64,000 bases of DNA from positions 1 to 64,000 of IMG/VR virus record IMGVR_UViG_3300028805_000089; one strand, 5' to 3'. The DNA is from a virus. Taxonomy: Duplodnaviria > Caudoviricetes. The notes beneath the pieces are model-generated. The model saw only the letters and a program-made list of their open reading frames with translations. It did not search any database and had not been told where the DNA came from. Position numbers and translations under genes: made by a program. This document shows, piece after piece, positions 36,479 through 48,961 of this stretch. Each line of letters starts with the position of its first letter. Position 1 is the first letter of the stretch.

Positions 36479-37378
36479 TCAGCAGCACGTAATCGTGAAT
36501 TCCGCCATCTGTGCGTCCGTGGCGTTGTTGAAGTCGCTGAACGGGCTGTTCTCTGCGTCGAGCTTCCACATCACAATCACGGAATCGTACCCGCTCGGAA
36601 TGTCGAATTCCGTCTCGGGCCCCGTCTCCCACGGCCAGGAGGCAATATCCGTCGAAGTCGACCCGGACCACGTCCCCGTTGGTTTCCTGGAGGCCACGTA
36701 TCCGCCGCAGTATTCGGACGCCACGTTCTTTTTGAAATACATCACGATGCTCTTGAATGTTGCGTCAAGCGATGTCACCCTGATCTTCGATGTGTTCGGG
36801 GCAAGCGGGATCGGCACGACCCAGCCGAATTTATACGAGGTCGGCCTGCTTCCGACGGGCTTGACCGTCGCGCTCGCCGAAGTGTCGGTGGTCATGAGGT
36901 AGTCGACCAGCAGCTTGGTCTCTTCATCGTCTACGTCGAGCGCCGTACAGTAAGCCGTATACCAGGAATCTGTGGGATACGCATACATCCCGGTGATGTC
37001 GTTACTGGTGCTCGGCGGATAAGCGTAGGTGTGCGTCGCTTTAACAAACCCGCTCAGCACCACCTCGCACGTCACGGCGCAGGTCGCGGTAACGGTGCCG
37101 GATGTCGCCGTAATGTTGCAGGTGCCCGCGCCGGCGATGGTCACAAGGCCCGTCTGCGATACCGTCGCCACGTTTGTATCGGACGATGCCCAGTATATGC
37201 CGTCGATCGAATCCAAAGGGATAACGCTTGCCGTAAGCTGAGTCGTCGCGCCGATCGCGCTGGCGCTTATCGTGTTCTGAGAAAGCGTGACCTGGCTTGT
37301 ATGCTCGCCTTCAAACGTCACCGTGTCCAGTTTGTTCGTGTTGAAATCCGCGCCCTTGATGACCAGTGTTTTTGCCAT
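36479..37378 (-). CDS. Ig-like (Big_2) domain tail-associated protein
   Basis: TQLTASV.P..WASSDTNVATVSQTGLVT..AGTCNITAT. Confidence 0.8.
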   Translation of the reverse strand: MAKTLVIKGADFNTNKLDTVTFEGEHTSQVTLSQNTISASAIGATTQLTASVIPLDSIDGIYWASSDTNVATVSQTGLVTIAGAGTCNITATSGTVTATCAVTCEVVLSGFVKATHTYAYPPSTSNDITGMYAYPTDSWYTAYCTALDVDDEETKLLVDYLMTTDTSASATVKPVGSRPTSYKFGWVVPIPLAPNTSKIRVTSLDATFKSIVMYFKKNVASEYCGGYVASRKPTGTWSGSTSTDIASWPWETGPETEFDIPSGYDSVIVMWKLDAENSPFSDFNNATDAQMAEFTITCC

Positions 37379-37381
37379 TGC

Positions 37382-39493
37382 TCAATACCTCCACTTCAGT
37401 TTGATGAATGCCCTCGCAGAAGCCGTTGCGTAAACCACCTTGCCGATGGCCGCGTCCGGGTCGTTCACTTTCGCCAGTTTGCAGTCCGCGTCCAGGCCGA
37501 TGTAATCCCCTATGGACAGCCCTGTCAGGCCGGCCCTGTCGGCCGCGATATACCCACGCGTCTGGATGTATGTGTCGCTGGCGGTCTGGTACGCGACGAC
37601 GCCGTACACTTTGTCCAGGGCTGTGGCTTTCTGCCAGTCCTGACCGCTCCGCAGGTTGTAATACTCCACGGCGGTCCCTACGGGCAGGGAGTTTTTGACC
37701 GCGCACTGCACGTCCGCGGTGTTATAGTAAGTCGCCGGCGACGTGTTGTACATCGGCGAACTCCCGCCGCAGCCCATGATCACGATATGCGGATACGTCT
37801 GATCGGCGCCAGGGTCTTTCGATGCCGACAGTATCGTAAAATCGCAGTTGTCGAACACATACACCACCACGTCGTCCGGGTCGGTCGTCTCCAGGTAGTC
37901 GTACATGCTGAAGTTGTACCCCTTGCAGTTGTACAGGTACACCCTCGGAAGGTTGGGCAGTGAAGGCCGCGTGTGCAGCCCGCCGAGATGGCCGAAATCA
38001 ACATTATAAAATTCATATTCCATACCACACTGGGCGATCCCGGCCCCGTATGTGTGCGGAGGATTGTAGGACATCGCGCCATACGCCCGGAGGACGATGT
38101 TTTTCATGGTCCTGTGCAAAACTTTCCCGATCGGGCAGTGGAAATCGTCGTGGATGCAGTACCGGATGTTCTCCGCGAGGATCGTCAGGTTTTCGATCCC
38201 GCCTCCGCCCTGGAGGTTCAGAGTGCTGATTGCGTTCCGTACATCACTCGAATAATCGGTGGTGTTCAGAGACGCTGTCAGGATGATCTCCTCCGGCTTG
38301 CCCATGCCGATCAGGCTCATTCCGTTGAGCAGTTTCGGCCCCACGAATCCGGTCTGGTTGAAATACGCTGCCTGGATCTCCTCCTCGGTATAGTCTTCCA
38401 GCACGTCATACGTCCCCGGATAGATCTCGATGCGGTACGGGTTCAGCACATCGTTGGCGCTTGTCCCGATCGCGTCCAGCGCGTCTCTAAGATTTGTGTA
38501 ATCCCCTGTGCCGTCTTTTTTGATGCTGACCACGGTCGGCCTGATCGGCACATCCCCGAGAACGCTGACCTCGAACGTGACGGTCCGACCGTTGTTGATC
38601 GCCCCCGCGGCATATACCGCGCTAATGCTTTCCGCGTCCTCGGTCAGGGTGTATTCGTACCACGAACAGTCGCACCTTGCGGAAACAATGGTTGTATTGT
38701 CGTGCTTGTATGTGATGTTTACCCCGTCTTCCCACGGCATTGCCCCGCGCTCAATGTGGAGCACCAGCCGATCTCCCGCTTTGAAATTTCGCGTGATGGT
38801 CAGCGTCAGCCCCTGGCCGCTCGCGGCGGTCCCGCGCACGGAATAAGTCACGTACTTCCTGCCGTCAAATACCTTGGTCACGATCCCGCCGTCGGCGAAA
38901 CGCCCGAGCACATGCCCGTATGGATCCACGATGTCCAAGTCGGTCCCCGTGGCCTCGCTGTCCTTGATCAGGTCGGCGCTGTTAAAATTTTTCGTGACAA
39001 TATGCCCGTTTTCTAACCTGACAATCACGTTCCCGGAAGGGTCTGTAATGTCCAGGTCTGCCGTCCCGTCGCTATCAAGCACGCTTGGAATCTTGTTATT
39101 TATTTTATACGTTGCATCATCAGTTGCGCTCTTTAAGTCACTAACCTCCCCGCCCACGTTCACTTGCGTCCAATGGCCGGATGTCCATGCTTCGCCCGAC
39201 GCGATTGCCGTCGTACATCTGTAAAGCAGCCCGTTGTGGATAACGTAATCGCCGACGGCATATGATGCGCTGGCAGAGTACGTCGGCGCAAAGTTCGCCA
39301 CGGTATCCGTAAAATCCTGCGGAAGCGACTCCGTCAAACTCTGCGCCCTGTCGGCTGCTTCAGCCGCGATCTGTGCGTTCTCCTATGCGTTCCCGATTGC
39401 TTCAGCCCACTCGGCCTTGCTCCCGGTGTACCCTTCCTGCACCGCAATGGCATACGCGGATATCGGGCCGATTACTTTCGTCTGTGTTGCCAT
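37382..39493 (-). CDS. Receptor-binding/tailspike protein A (703 aa), one in-frame TAG (39383); pectinesterase-like C-terminal region
   Basis: N-terminus MATQTKVIGPISAYAIAV shared with the 41153 gene; CBM-like YAVGDYVIHNGLLYRC; KKDGTGDYTNLRDAL. Confidence 0.75.
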
Positions 39494-39497
39494 CTCT

Positions 39498-41063
39498 TCA
39501 TCCCTCCATGTTTGCCATACGCGCATCCGCGATGGCGCGGTCCATCTGTTCCAGCGTCCTGTGCAGTTCAGCGCTTACGTCTTCAAGCCTGCGAAGGATT
39601 TCTTCCATGCCGCCCTTGATATCATCGTCGCCGCCGCTTTCGCCCTTCTTCCCTTCGTCCCCGCCGATGCCAAGTTCCTTCTCGATCTCGTTCCACGTAA
39701 GCTAACCCACGATTCCGTCGGCCTTCAGCCCGTGATTCACCTGGAACTTCTTCACGGCCAAATCCGTCTGCGTCCCGAATATCCCGTCCGGTCTCCCGCA
39801 GTCATATCCAAGCTGGTTCAGCCACTCCTGCAGTTGCTTCACCGCGTCGCCGTTGCTGCCCTTCTTTACCGTTACCATCAGGATCACCTTTCCCGCTTCC
39901 GCGATTTCTTCCGGCGTGTAAAGTCCTTTCGGTATCCCGTAGTTCGTCCAGGATGTGTCGCTCAAGCTTCCGTACTTAACCCCGCCGTTCCCGGTGCAAT
40001 GGATGATAACGCCGTCCCCGATGTGGATTCCCGTGTGCGAATAATTTTTGTTCGCGGAGTTGTACTTAAAAAGGCAGCACACCACATTCGGCATCCCGGC
40101 GGTCTTACCGCGCTGTTCCCAGTTTCTCGGCGTTTCATACTGCGTCGTGCATCCCTCGCCGTAAAGGTCAATGCCAGCGCCATGCTCCATCACATAATGC
40201 GTAAACCCCCGGCAGTCGTAGCATTGATGCCCCTGCCACTTACACCCGTCGCAGGTCTTCTGCTTGTTCTACAGCACCGGGCATTCCCCGTAGATTTTGC
40301 TCTTATACTCCGGGCGATAACCGGCGTATTTCTTCCGCGTCTCCGGGGTGCATTCCTGCCCCCACGCGCCAAAGACATACGGGTCGCCGATTTTGCTTTC
40401 AGCCAGTTCTACCACATCCCGCGCCTTATCGTTTAACAACACTTTATCCGTCACATGCACCGCCTCCCTCAGTACCAGTCCTCCGTAGTTGTCCATCACG
40501 GCACATCCCGGATAATAAAACGCCAGAATGTCCCTGTACCAAATCCCGTGCTTCGCGGCCACCCGCGCACCGCGCTGGCTCATGCCCACGCCGTGTCCGT
40601 ACTTTTTGTGTCCGTCCTCCCTGTCCCATGGGTCTTCCTGCTCGATCAGGTAGGGATAATCCCCGCCCCACCGTTCCTTGGACGAAGTCGTTCTCCCGCC
40701 GTTGTTCGCGCTGAAGTGGGCGACGGCAATGCCGCCGCCGTACATCAGCACCTCGCCTTTGGTATCCATCGCGGCACGGTACGATATGGGATATTTCCCA
40801 TAATCACACCGCGCCGCCCGGTATGCCATCGTGGTCTATGCGTCGTCGCTCACCGCCAGCCCCCGCAGCGCCCCTCTGGATATCGCCAGACTCCGCGCCG
40901 CAACGGCCTGCGCTTTGCACGCTTCCATGCCGGACTCCCCGATTTCGGACGCGGTCACCGCCGCGACGTATTCCTCAAAGTCCACGTTTACCGTATCCCC
41001 GATATTCACCCCGAAGAATTCCGCGTTCTCCCTTTGCGTTATTCTTACCGTTATCTCAGGCAT
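39498..41063 (-). CDS. Modular endolysin (521 aa), three in-frame TAGs (40836, 40269, 39702): SpoIID-like, NlpC/P60-like and PG_binding_1 domains
   Basis: ACKAQAVAARS, HGVGMSQRGA, YDCRGF, HTGIH, DGIFG..VKKFQ..GLKADGIVG*LTW; three track ORFs join in one frame and end at TGA. Confidence 0.85.
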
Positions 41064-41152
41064 TGTCCGTCTCCTTATGCATTTAATAGGGGAGAAGCAG
41101 AAGTGACCCTGCCCCTCCCCCTTGGCAGGGAGTTGGTTACTTAAAGCCTCCG

Positions 41153-43216
41153 TCAATTGTTCAACGCCCTCGGCGAGTTGTATCTCGCAAACATCCACTG
41201 CCGCCCCTGGCTGATCAATCTCCTGATCTCATGTGTCCAGTATTCCGCCACGACCAGATTGCCGCCCGTGCCAAAGTGAAGTCCGTCATACGGATGGAGC
41301 CATGTGTGGTTTGTTGGCGTCGCACCGTCATGCGAAAATTCGCCCGTGAATTCAGCGACGCCCACCACGTTCATCGGATAAAGGGCGGCGATCTGGTGGA
41401 TCACGTTATTCGTAACGTCCACATCGCCGTTTGATGCCCACACCGTGCCAAGATAGATCCGCGCCGTGTTTTTCTGTGAAATAATTTTTGAGATGATCTT
41501 GCAATAATATCCGGTTTCGGTTTCGGCGAAATCATTATAATTGGTGTACGGAGTGACATCGGTTGATAGCGTATCGGTTAGTCCGTTGTTCGTCCCAAGC
41601 CATATAATAAAATCCTTATACTGGCTGTATGTATAGGAATCGCTATACTCGGTATACCAGTTTGATGCGGAGTACCCGCTTTTCCCGGCGTTCGTTACGG
41701 TTGCCCCCGTGAATTTTGCCAGAAATTGCGGATACGATACGTCCGTATGCGGAGGATTGCCGTTGCCGTGCCAATAGGATTCAGTCAGGCTGTCACCAAT
41801 GCACAGAACGTTTTGAAGATAATATTCGTATCTCGGTTCAAGCCGGTCAATGATTGTTCCTGAGGTAACGGAATTGTCAAGGTATGCGCTCTTAACGGTA
41901 TACCGATATGACGCAGGGAGATAGATTTTTGTGGATGACGTTGTCATCTCGCTGGCCCGGAAATATTTCGCGCCGCTCGGCACGATGATCGTGGTCAGGC
42001 AGTCAAGCTGTTTGTTCCACTGGTTCGTTGCTCCGGATATATAGGTCCGGTCGGCATCATAAAACGCGATCCCGGCGGCATCCCTATACCCGCACTGCAG
42101 TTTCATCGTGTCTGTATGGATCGGCAGGAAATCCGTATAGTTGAAATTGACGCTGTCCGTAAGTTCGCCTGTGCTCGCAACAACGTATTTGCCGGCTTTC
42201 CACAGCACGGGCATCTCAAACCACCTGTCGTATTTTTCATCCGTGCTTCCGTTCATTGCGGCGTATACGTCCTCGGCGGCAGTATAATACACCGTTACCA
42301 CGCCAAGCGTCTTTGAGCATGATATCACGATGTATTCGGCGTTAGCAGGGATCGTCGGCACGATCAGGTATGCATCCGTATATGTCCCGGTAAAACCGTC
42401 AAGATAACCCAAATCAGCATCATAAAAAGAAACGCCCGCAGAGTTGTTGTTAAGTTTGGTACGGAACCCGATCAGGTTTTTCACAGGCAGGAATGTCGTT
42501 GTGTAATAGGATGTATTGGTTGCCGCCACCCCGGTGGAATAATCCCTGTACCTGTTCTGTATCAGTGTCGGCGTATATGCCACTGCCGTGTCGATATTAT
42601 CAATCGCGCTCTTTAAGTCATCAACATCCCCCGCCAGAGCATCGGTCACCGTCTTGATTCCTGCGCTCGTTACGGGGTTGCTGCTGCCTGCGGTCGGCGT
42701 GGAGTCAAACGTCAGTTTGTCCTGTTTCCCCGTTTCCAAATCGCTGATTTGTGTACTGTGAAAGTCAACGGTCATCTGGTCGGCAGCCTGGATATTGTTT
42801 CTGGCAGCGCTCCTTTGGGCCGAAGTCAGGTTCTGGGTTTCATGCCACACGGCCTTTGAAAGGTCCTCGCCGACGCTCACCTGTACCCAATGCGCGGGTG
42901 TCCACGCTTCTGCCGTCGTGATTTTAGTAGTACACCTGTAAAGCGATCCGTAGTGGATTACATAAGCGCCGACCGCGTATGTCGAGCTGGTGGAATATGT
43001 CGGTGCAAAGTTTGCAATCGTATCCGTAAAATCATCAGGCAGCGACTCTGTCAGGTTCTACACCCTGTCTGCCGCAGCTTCTGCTGCCGCCGCGTTCGCC
43101 TACGCGTTGCCAATTTCCGCAGCCCATTCGGACTTACTGCCGGTGTATCCTTCCTGCACCGCAATGGCATACGCTGAAATAGGTCCGATCACTTTTGTCT
43201 GTGTCGCCATTTTCAT
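41153..43216 (-). CDS. Receptor-binding protein B with an SGNH/GDSL hydrolase domain, two in-frame TAGs (43100, 43058)
   Basis: Shared N-terminus with RBP A; CIGDSLT, GKSG, LGTNN, DGLH blocks. Confidence 0.8.
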
Positions 43217-43266
43217 TCCTCCTCATTTCATCAAACAGGGGACGGTTCTCCGTTCCCCGTCCTCCG

Positions 43267-44592
43267 TTACTCCATCCCCTCGCTCCCCGCCGTCTCCTCT
43301 TCGTCCTCGTACACCGGCGGCCACGTTTCCGTCGTCACGTCCGGGAAGTCGTTAACACTCGTCGCGTTGATTGTCATCGTTCCATCCTGTGCCAGACTTC
43401 TTTCAAACCCGCTCACCAGATGCCTCTCCAGCGGATATCCTTCCTTGTCCGGTCTCCGCAGCGTAATCAGTTGGTTCTCCTGTATATGGAAAATCTGCCC
43501 GCATTCGATGCTCACGTTTTTCTTCAGCGTCGTATACCGCTTCAGCCTGAACCGCGCCAGACTCTCGCACACTTCGCGGCTGTAATATCCGCTCTGCGCT
43601 TCCCTTATCAGCTTCCTGCCAAGAATATATATGTTCGTGTCGCTCTTCGGGTCGGTATTGATTGCCCTGCCGCCAATCACGCCGTGGTCGCTCAGACTTT
43701 GCCCTTCGATGATAACGTCATTGTACATTTCCCCGTTAAGGATTGTATATGTCGTGCCAAGGAACCGGCTGTTGTCCGGCGATATCTCGTATACCACCGG
43801 CTTTTCGCTGTCGTTCACGTCATCCTGACTCGGCTCCACGCAGAGCCGCCCGGTGCAGTCATACCCGATGCACCCGGCCAGCATCGTGTTCAGTTCCAGC
43901 ATCACGTCGGCATAGGTCTGTCCGGCGCTTTCAGCCCGGTATGTGTAAGGCGCGTCCGTCAGATACCCGACCGACCCGTCCTCAAGTTCCTGCGTCTTCC
44001 CATTGTAATAATCGGTAAACATCGGAGGTACGGAGTCAATCTTCAACCAGCTTTCAGGAGGGATGTTCTGTCCGTACCCCCGTGGGAGATTTAGCAGCCC
44101 CTGCATCGCCTGAAAAATCGGCGTTCCCACCGTCACCTCATAAATGCCGTCCAGATTGCCAAACAATGTCCCGTCAAGGTAACTCCACTTGTCGTACAGG
44201 TCCCACGTCACCGTGTTGCCCTACGGATCGACCGCCTCCTGCGGGTCCTTAATGTAAAACACGCCCTGCGGCAAATAGAATTCTTCGCCGTTTGGCAGCA
44301 CCAGCCCCTCACTCAACCGCACCTGCGTCCCGAACCAGATCTTGTTCACTTCATAACTGAACGCACCGTCGATGTTCGCCAGCGTCACGCTTGCGTTTCT
44401 CCTCTGCCCGTTGTTAAAGTTAACGGTCAGCGTCCCGTCCTGAATAAACGCCCTGCTCTTTGGGTTGTCCGGGTTGTTGTCAACCACAAAATTTACCGTT
44501 CCGTCGGGCCACAAAAACTCCAGTTTCGCCAGCTTCTGAAACGGCCCCTTCAGCGCCTCCAGATACAAATTCCACTTTTCGCTCTGTGTCAC
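43267..44592 (-). CDS. Tail/baseplate hub-like protein, one in-frame TAG (44221)
   Basis: Two track ORFs join (AVDP*GNTVTWDLYDKW); LPQGVFYI motif; position after the tail genes. Confidence 0.7.
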
Positions 44593-44903
44593 TCTTTCAC
44601 CCCCAGACACCCACATGATTATTTTTCAAACGAGTTTTTCTGCCATCGTAATTTTTTTCAACCGACTTCTAAACATTGCCGCAGGAGCGTCTCCATCGCC
44701 TTCTCCGTTTGGGGGCCTGGAGCGCCCGGAAAACAGTCCGGTGGACTGTTTTCAGCGAAAGGCGGGCGGTAGCCCCGGACGGTGTCAGTGCCATCGTAAG
44801 ACGCTTAGGTCACGGGACACCCCGGCCTACTTCGTCGGCCACCCCGTGGCAAGGGATGAGGTTCCCCGTCCATCCGTCAACTTCACTCTCCACTCTTCAC
44901 TCT

Positions 44904-45107
44904 TCACTCTTTTCTCCGTTTATCCCTCTTGATCTCCTGGTCCGTCCTCCGCGCCACCTTGCCGTTTCCCGTCAGCTTATACATCGGCACGACTTCGTCC
45001 AGCAGCGTCCATCCGGTCATGTCCTCATCAACCACGGTCCATCCGTCCCGCTCCTCTTTGGATGCCTCCCATATTCTCCGCTTTTCGTCAACCCTTACCC
45101 AGCACAT
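44904..45107 (-). CDS. Small hypothetical protein
   Basis: GGAGG RBS; ends TGA. Confidence 0.6.
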   Translation of the reverse strand: MCWVRVDEKRRIWEASKEERDGWTVVDEDMTGWTLLDEVVPMYKLTGNGKVARRTDQEIKRDKRRKE

Positions 45108-45119
45108 ATCCAGCCTCCG

Positions 45120-46781
45120 TCAAATATTATACGTCACGGTCAGCGTGCATCCCGCCCGCATGAATGTAAAGAATTCGGTCGGGCTGTTCATGCCCACGGC
45201 AAATCCTTTAATCGTCCCGTTCTGAAGCAGATAAAACTTTTCGGGCGGGAATTCAAACGTCCCGGTTTCTCCGGGCGCGATATACTGCATCGGCGCTCCG
45301 ACGGACAAATACCAGTCTCCGCTCTGCTATGAATAACTCCACGGGTCGCAGGATCCGGCGTAATTATGTATCGTCGCCGCCGTCAGGTTGTGATAATACG
45401 GCCTGATAACAACGCCGCTGCTGCTCCCGCCGCTGCTTGTCCTTTTGATGCTCACCGTCGCCTTGGTTATCGTGGCCCCGGCCAGCGTCTGCGCAATCGT
45501 ATCCGCGTCGTCAAACAGCCAAAGACCGGCCATATATTTTTTGCTCCCGCTGTTGTATCCCATTCTTGGATTGTTCGTTCCGTCGCCGCGCCATCCGATG
45601 GCCTTTCCAAGGTACGCCTCCGTGCCGGTCTTGGAACTCTCGGTAAAGTATCCGCTGCTGCTTGTCCATGTGCTGGTCACCTCGGTCACGGCGGGCGGTG
45701 CTTCTCCGCCGCTCGTCACCTTGGTCACCGTACCGGAGCATGTGAACGGATAACCGTTGCTCTCATACCCCGTCCCGGCGGAATCTGTCCCGGCGGGAAT
45801 CGTTCCCTTCGCGTTCACATATCCGCCGTCGGGGCTGATGACTACGCCGTTCACAAGGTTCGCAAGCGTCGTTTCGTCCGTGCTGAACGCGCCGCCAGCG
45901 CAGTCAACGATATCGGCATGCGCATGTTCCACATAGATCGCCGCGCCCGTCCGGTCGATCAGGCATCCGTCGATAAAGGCGTAGCTGCCGTCCCTCACAT
46001 AAACGCCGTATGCCTGCCCGTCGTCCCCGGCCTCGCGTTCTACGCCGTGGATTTCAATGCCGCTCACCTTCACGAATCCGTTTCCGCGCAGGTCAACCAC
46101 CGCGTCCTCCAGCACGCCCATGAACTGCGTCGTGTCCGTCCCGTCGGTATCGCCCGTGATGTTTACCCTGTTGTTCCCGGATATCACCCAGTCGCCCTTC
46201 ACCACGGCAGCCTTGTCAAGGTTCAGCGTCAGCGTCCCGTTCCCGCTGAACCCGGAGATATCCACGTCCTCGACGTATGTCCCTTCAGGTACGGCGATGA
46301 CCACATCCCCGGTCAGGTGCTTTCCAAGCCCGTCGATCACATCCTGTATTTTGCCGTTTACCGTCGCGGTCTTCGCACCCTGTATATTGATAATGTCGCC
46401 GCCGATATGCCCGTCAACCGAGAGGTTGTCAAGCACAAGGCTTACGCCGTTTTCGTCGGCTGAAATAAAAGTCTTTTTCCAGCTTCCGCTGTTCACAGCG
46501 CAGGCGTTCCCAAGCCCGTAAGCCCATTCCACCCACACGCTTTCACCCGGCTGCGCGTTGTAAAGGTCCGGCACAAACGGCACGTCGAACGGCTCTCCGA
46601 ACGCCTCCCGCACGGTCAGGACCACGTTTCCGTTTTCGTCTTCATGCGCTCCCTGTACAACGTACATTTTTTTCCTGCGCACAAAGTCCGTGGAATATTC
46701 CTTCAGGATATCCGTCACAACGTTTTCGATGCCGTTCAGCATCATTTTGTTTTCGACGATTCTGTTTCTTCCGTTATCCAT
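45120..46781 (-). CDS. Minor tail protein with a beta-helix-like region, one in-frame TAG (45327)
   Basis: Track ORFs 45327-46781 and 45120-45308 are in frame (SYS*QSGDW). Confidence 0.75.
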
Positions 46782-48570
46782 TTTGCTCGTCCGCCTTTAT
46801 CACGGTCTCGACCTTCAGTTTGCCCTCGCTGTCAATCTCAAGGTCTGCTGGAACATATTCCATGCTGTTGTCATACACCTGCTCAAGCTGACCGCCGTCG
46901 CTCATCTGAATCTCGCTGCCGACGTACCCATCGTCGTTCATCGTCCACGTCACATATCCGTCCTGATCTACGCTGATAGCCGTCGCCGTGTCGATTATGT
47001 CGTCGCCCCGCGCCATCAACCCGTCCGTCAATAGACTTACGATCTGGCAGTCCTTCGCGTCCCCGACCTCGACCCACGGAATCTCTATCTGCACGGGCTG
47101 TTCCGCGTATTTGTCCTGCGTCTCTTTCACGATGGCGTCGCTTATCTCTATCATCCGCAGGTTGCCCTTCCGGTCCCGCAGGAACTTGACGGTATTCCGC
47201 GTGCTCATGTCCATCAGATCATCGACCATCTGCACGCTGTCCCTGAACTGCGTATCCTTCACGCCGCCGACCCACGCCCGCAGCTTTCCGCTCAGTCCTT
47301 TCCGTCCCACCTTCTGCACGGTTGGGTAGGGGGTAAAGTTGTTCTCCACATACGGCGTGTTCTCATTGCTTATGCTACCGCTGTCCACGTTCGCCTGAAA
47401 CTGGTGTACGCACTTTACATGGTACAGGGTATTGTATATCGTTATATATTGTATCTCTTCTTCGTATGCACCGGCAATCGGGAATTTCATGTATTCCGTG
47501 TTGGCGGGAGTTGCTTCTATTATTGCCCAGTTCCAGTAATAGCGCATTTTCATTGGTCTTTCGGATGTCAGCGTGTATCCTTCGTAGTTCGTCGCGGCAT
47601 AATAAGCTTTGTAAATATACTCGGTATTATTGCACGCGCCGAAGTCATACATCTCCGTTTGACCGGGCGGGATCAGTCCAGCCTTTTCCACGGCGTTTGT
47701 CTGTGTGTTTATCCGGTAAATGTCCCATCCCTTTTGCGGCTGCGGCACTTCGTATCCTTCGTCCGCGCTTATCCGCAGGAAAAACGCCGGGTTATCCCGC
47801 ACATAATAAACTTCCAGATGGACCCCTTCCAGCGGCGTCTCAGGCCACGCGACGGTAAAGTCTTCCCAGTCGGTCTGCGCTGTAATCCCGTTTTCAAACG
47901 TACCGGTAAGCTGTATGGAATAATTCGTATGGTTTTTCATCAAACCATAGAAAACAAACGGGGCGCGTGACGCGTATATGTCGCCCGTGTCTTTTAATAT
48001 CTCATGCTCCGAATCCTATTTTGCCAGTTTCCATCTGTATGATATCAGCGGGTTGCCAGGTTGTTCGTCTGATATAAGTCCGCCGAAATAAGCGCAGCGT
48101 CCCTGATATAAATATCCGTTTGGTATCGTAAATGTCGGCCTTTTGCTTGTCAAAAAAAACACGGGACTGATATTGACAAGTCGTTTGAATACAAAGTCTG
48201 TACTATCGACATAAAACTGGTCTATGCGAAGTTTATAACCGTATTGATAACCGTTGACGATACCGGCGTTTGCAAGGTCTGCTGCCGTGATCGTGTCCTA
48301 AAACGGAACGGGATTCCCGCGTTCGTCCTTGCCGTATATAGGCATTTCATACACTCTTTCGGAGCCGGGTATGTGATAATACTTCGCCCTCACTTCGCTT
48401 CTGTATACTTCTGTACTTTCCGGCGTGTTTTCCAGAATAAAGAACTGCCACGAAACCATCGGCTGCGTCCCGTTAATCTGCCACGTCACCGTCATATCCT
48501 GTGTCGCGTCTATAACGCCCGTCCCGTTAAGCTATGACGGCGTAATGACGGTCGGTTGATAAAGCCCCAT
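46774..48570 (-). CDS. Distal tail-like protein (598 aa), three in-frame TAGs (48532, 48298, 48016)
   Basis: AGGAGG RBS; MGLYQPTVITPS*LNGTGVIDATQDMTVTWQING; no TAA/TGA in frame until 46774. Confidence 0.75.
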
Positions 48571-48961
48571 ATCCTTTTATCCTCCTTCTCCGTCCGCCTT
48601 TCCGGGACGGTCATGCGTTTTGGCACTTTTTATTCAAATTGCCGGTCTGCACGGGGCAGGGGAGAGGTCTCCCTCTCCCCGCCCCAAACAGGGGACGGTT
48701 CTCCGTCTCTCGGTTCTCCGTCACGCTCCAAACAGGGGACGGTTCTCCGTTCTCATTTATCCGTGTCCGTTCCTGTCCGTTCATGTACGTCCATGTACGT
48801 CCATGTACACTTGTGTACACCAAACTTAGTCGGCGTGATGCCTTCCCCGATTGGGGAAGGTGGCACCGCGCCTAAAGCGCGGTGACGGATGAGGTTCCCC
48901 CGTCCCCGTCATCTCAACTCTCAACTCTCAACTCTTCTGTCAGGATCTCAACTCTTCCTCT

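Noticed and set aside
37973-39016. Long + strand ORFs over the late operon (also 39417-40436, 55913-57295, 57364-58404) and - strand ORFs over early genes
   Set aside because: Antisense shadows of GC-rich coding sequence; no RBS or recognisable motifs
37382-43216. Diversity-generating retroelement or invertible tail-fibre cassette
   Set aside because: No reverse transcriptase, no adenine-specific template/variable repeat pair, and both RBP genes are in the same orientation without flanking inverted sites
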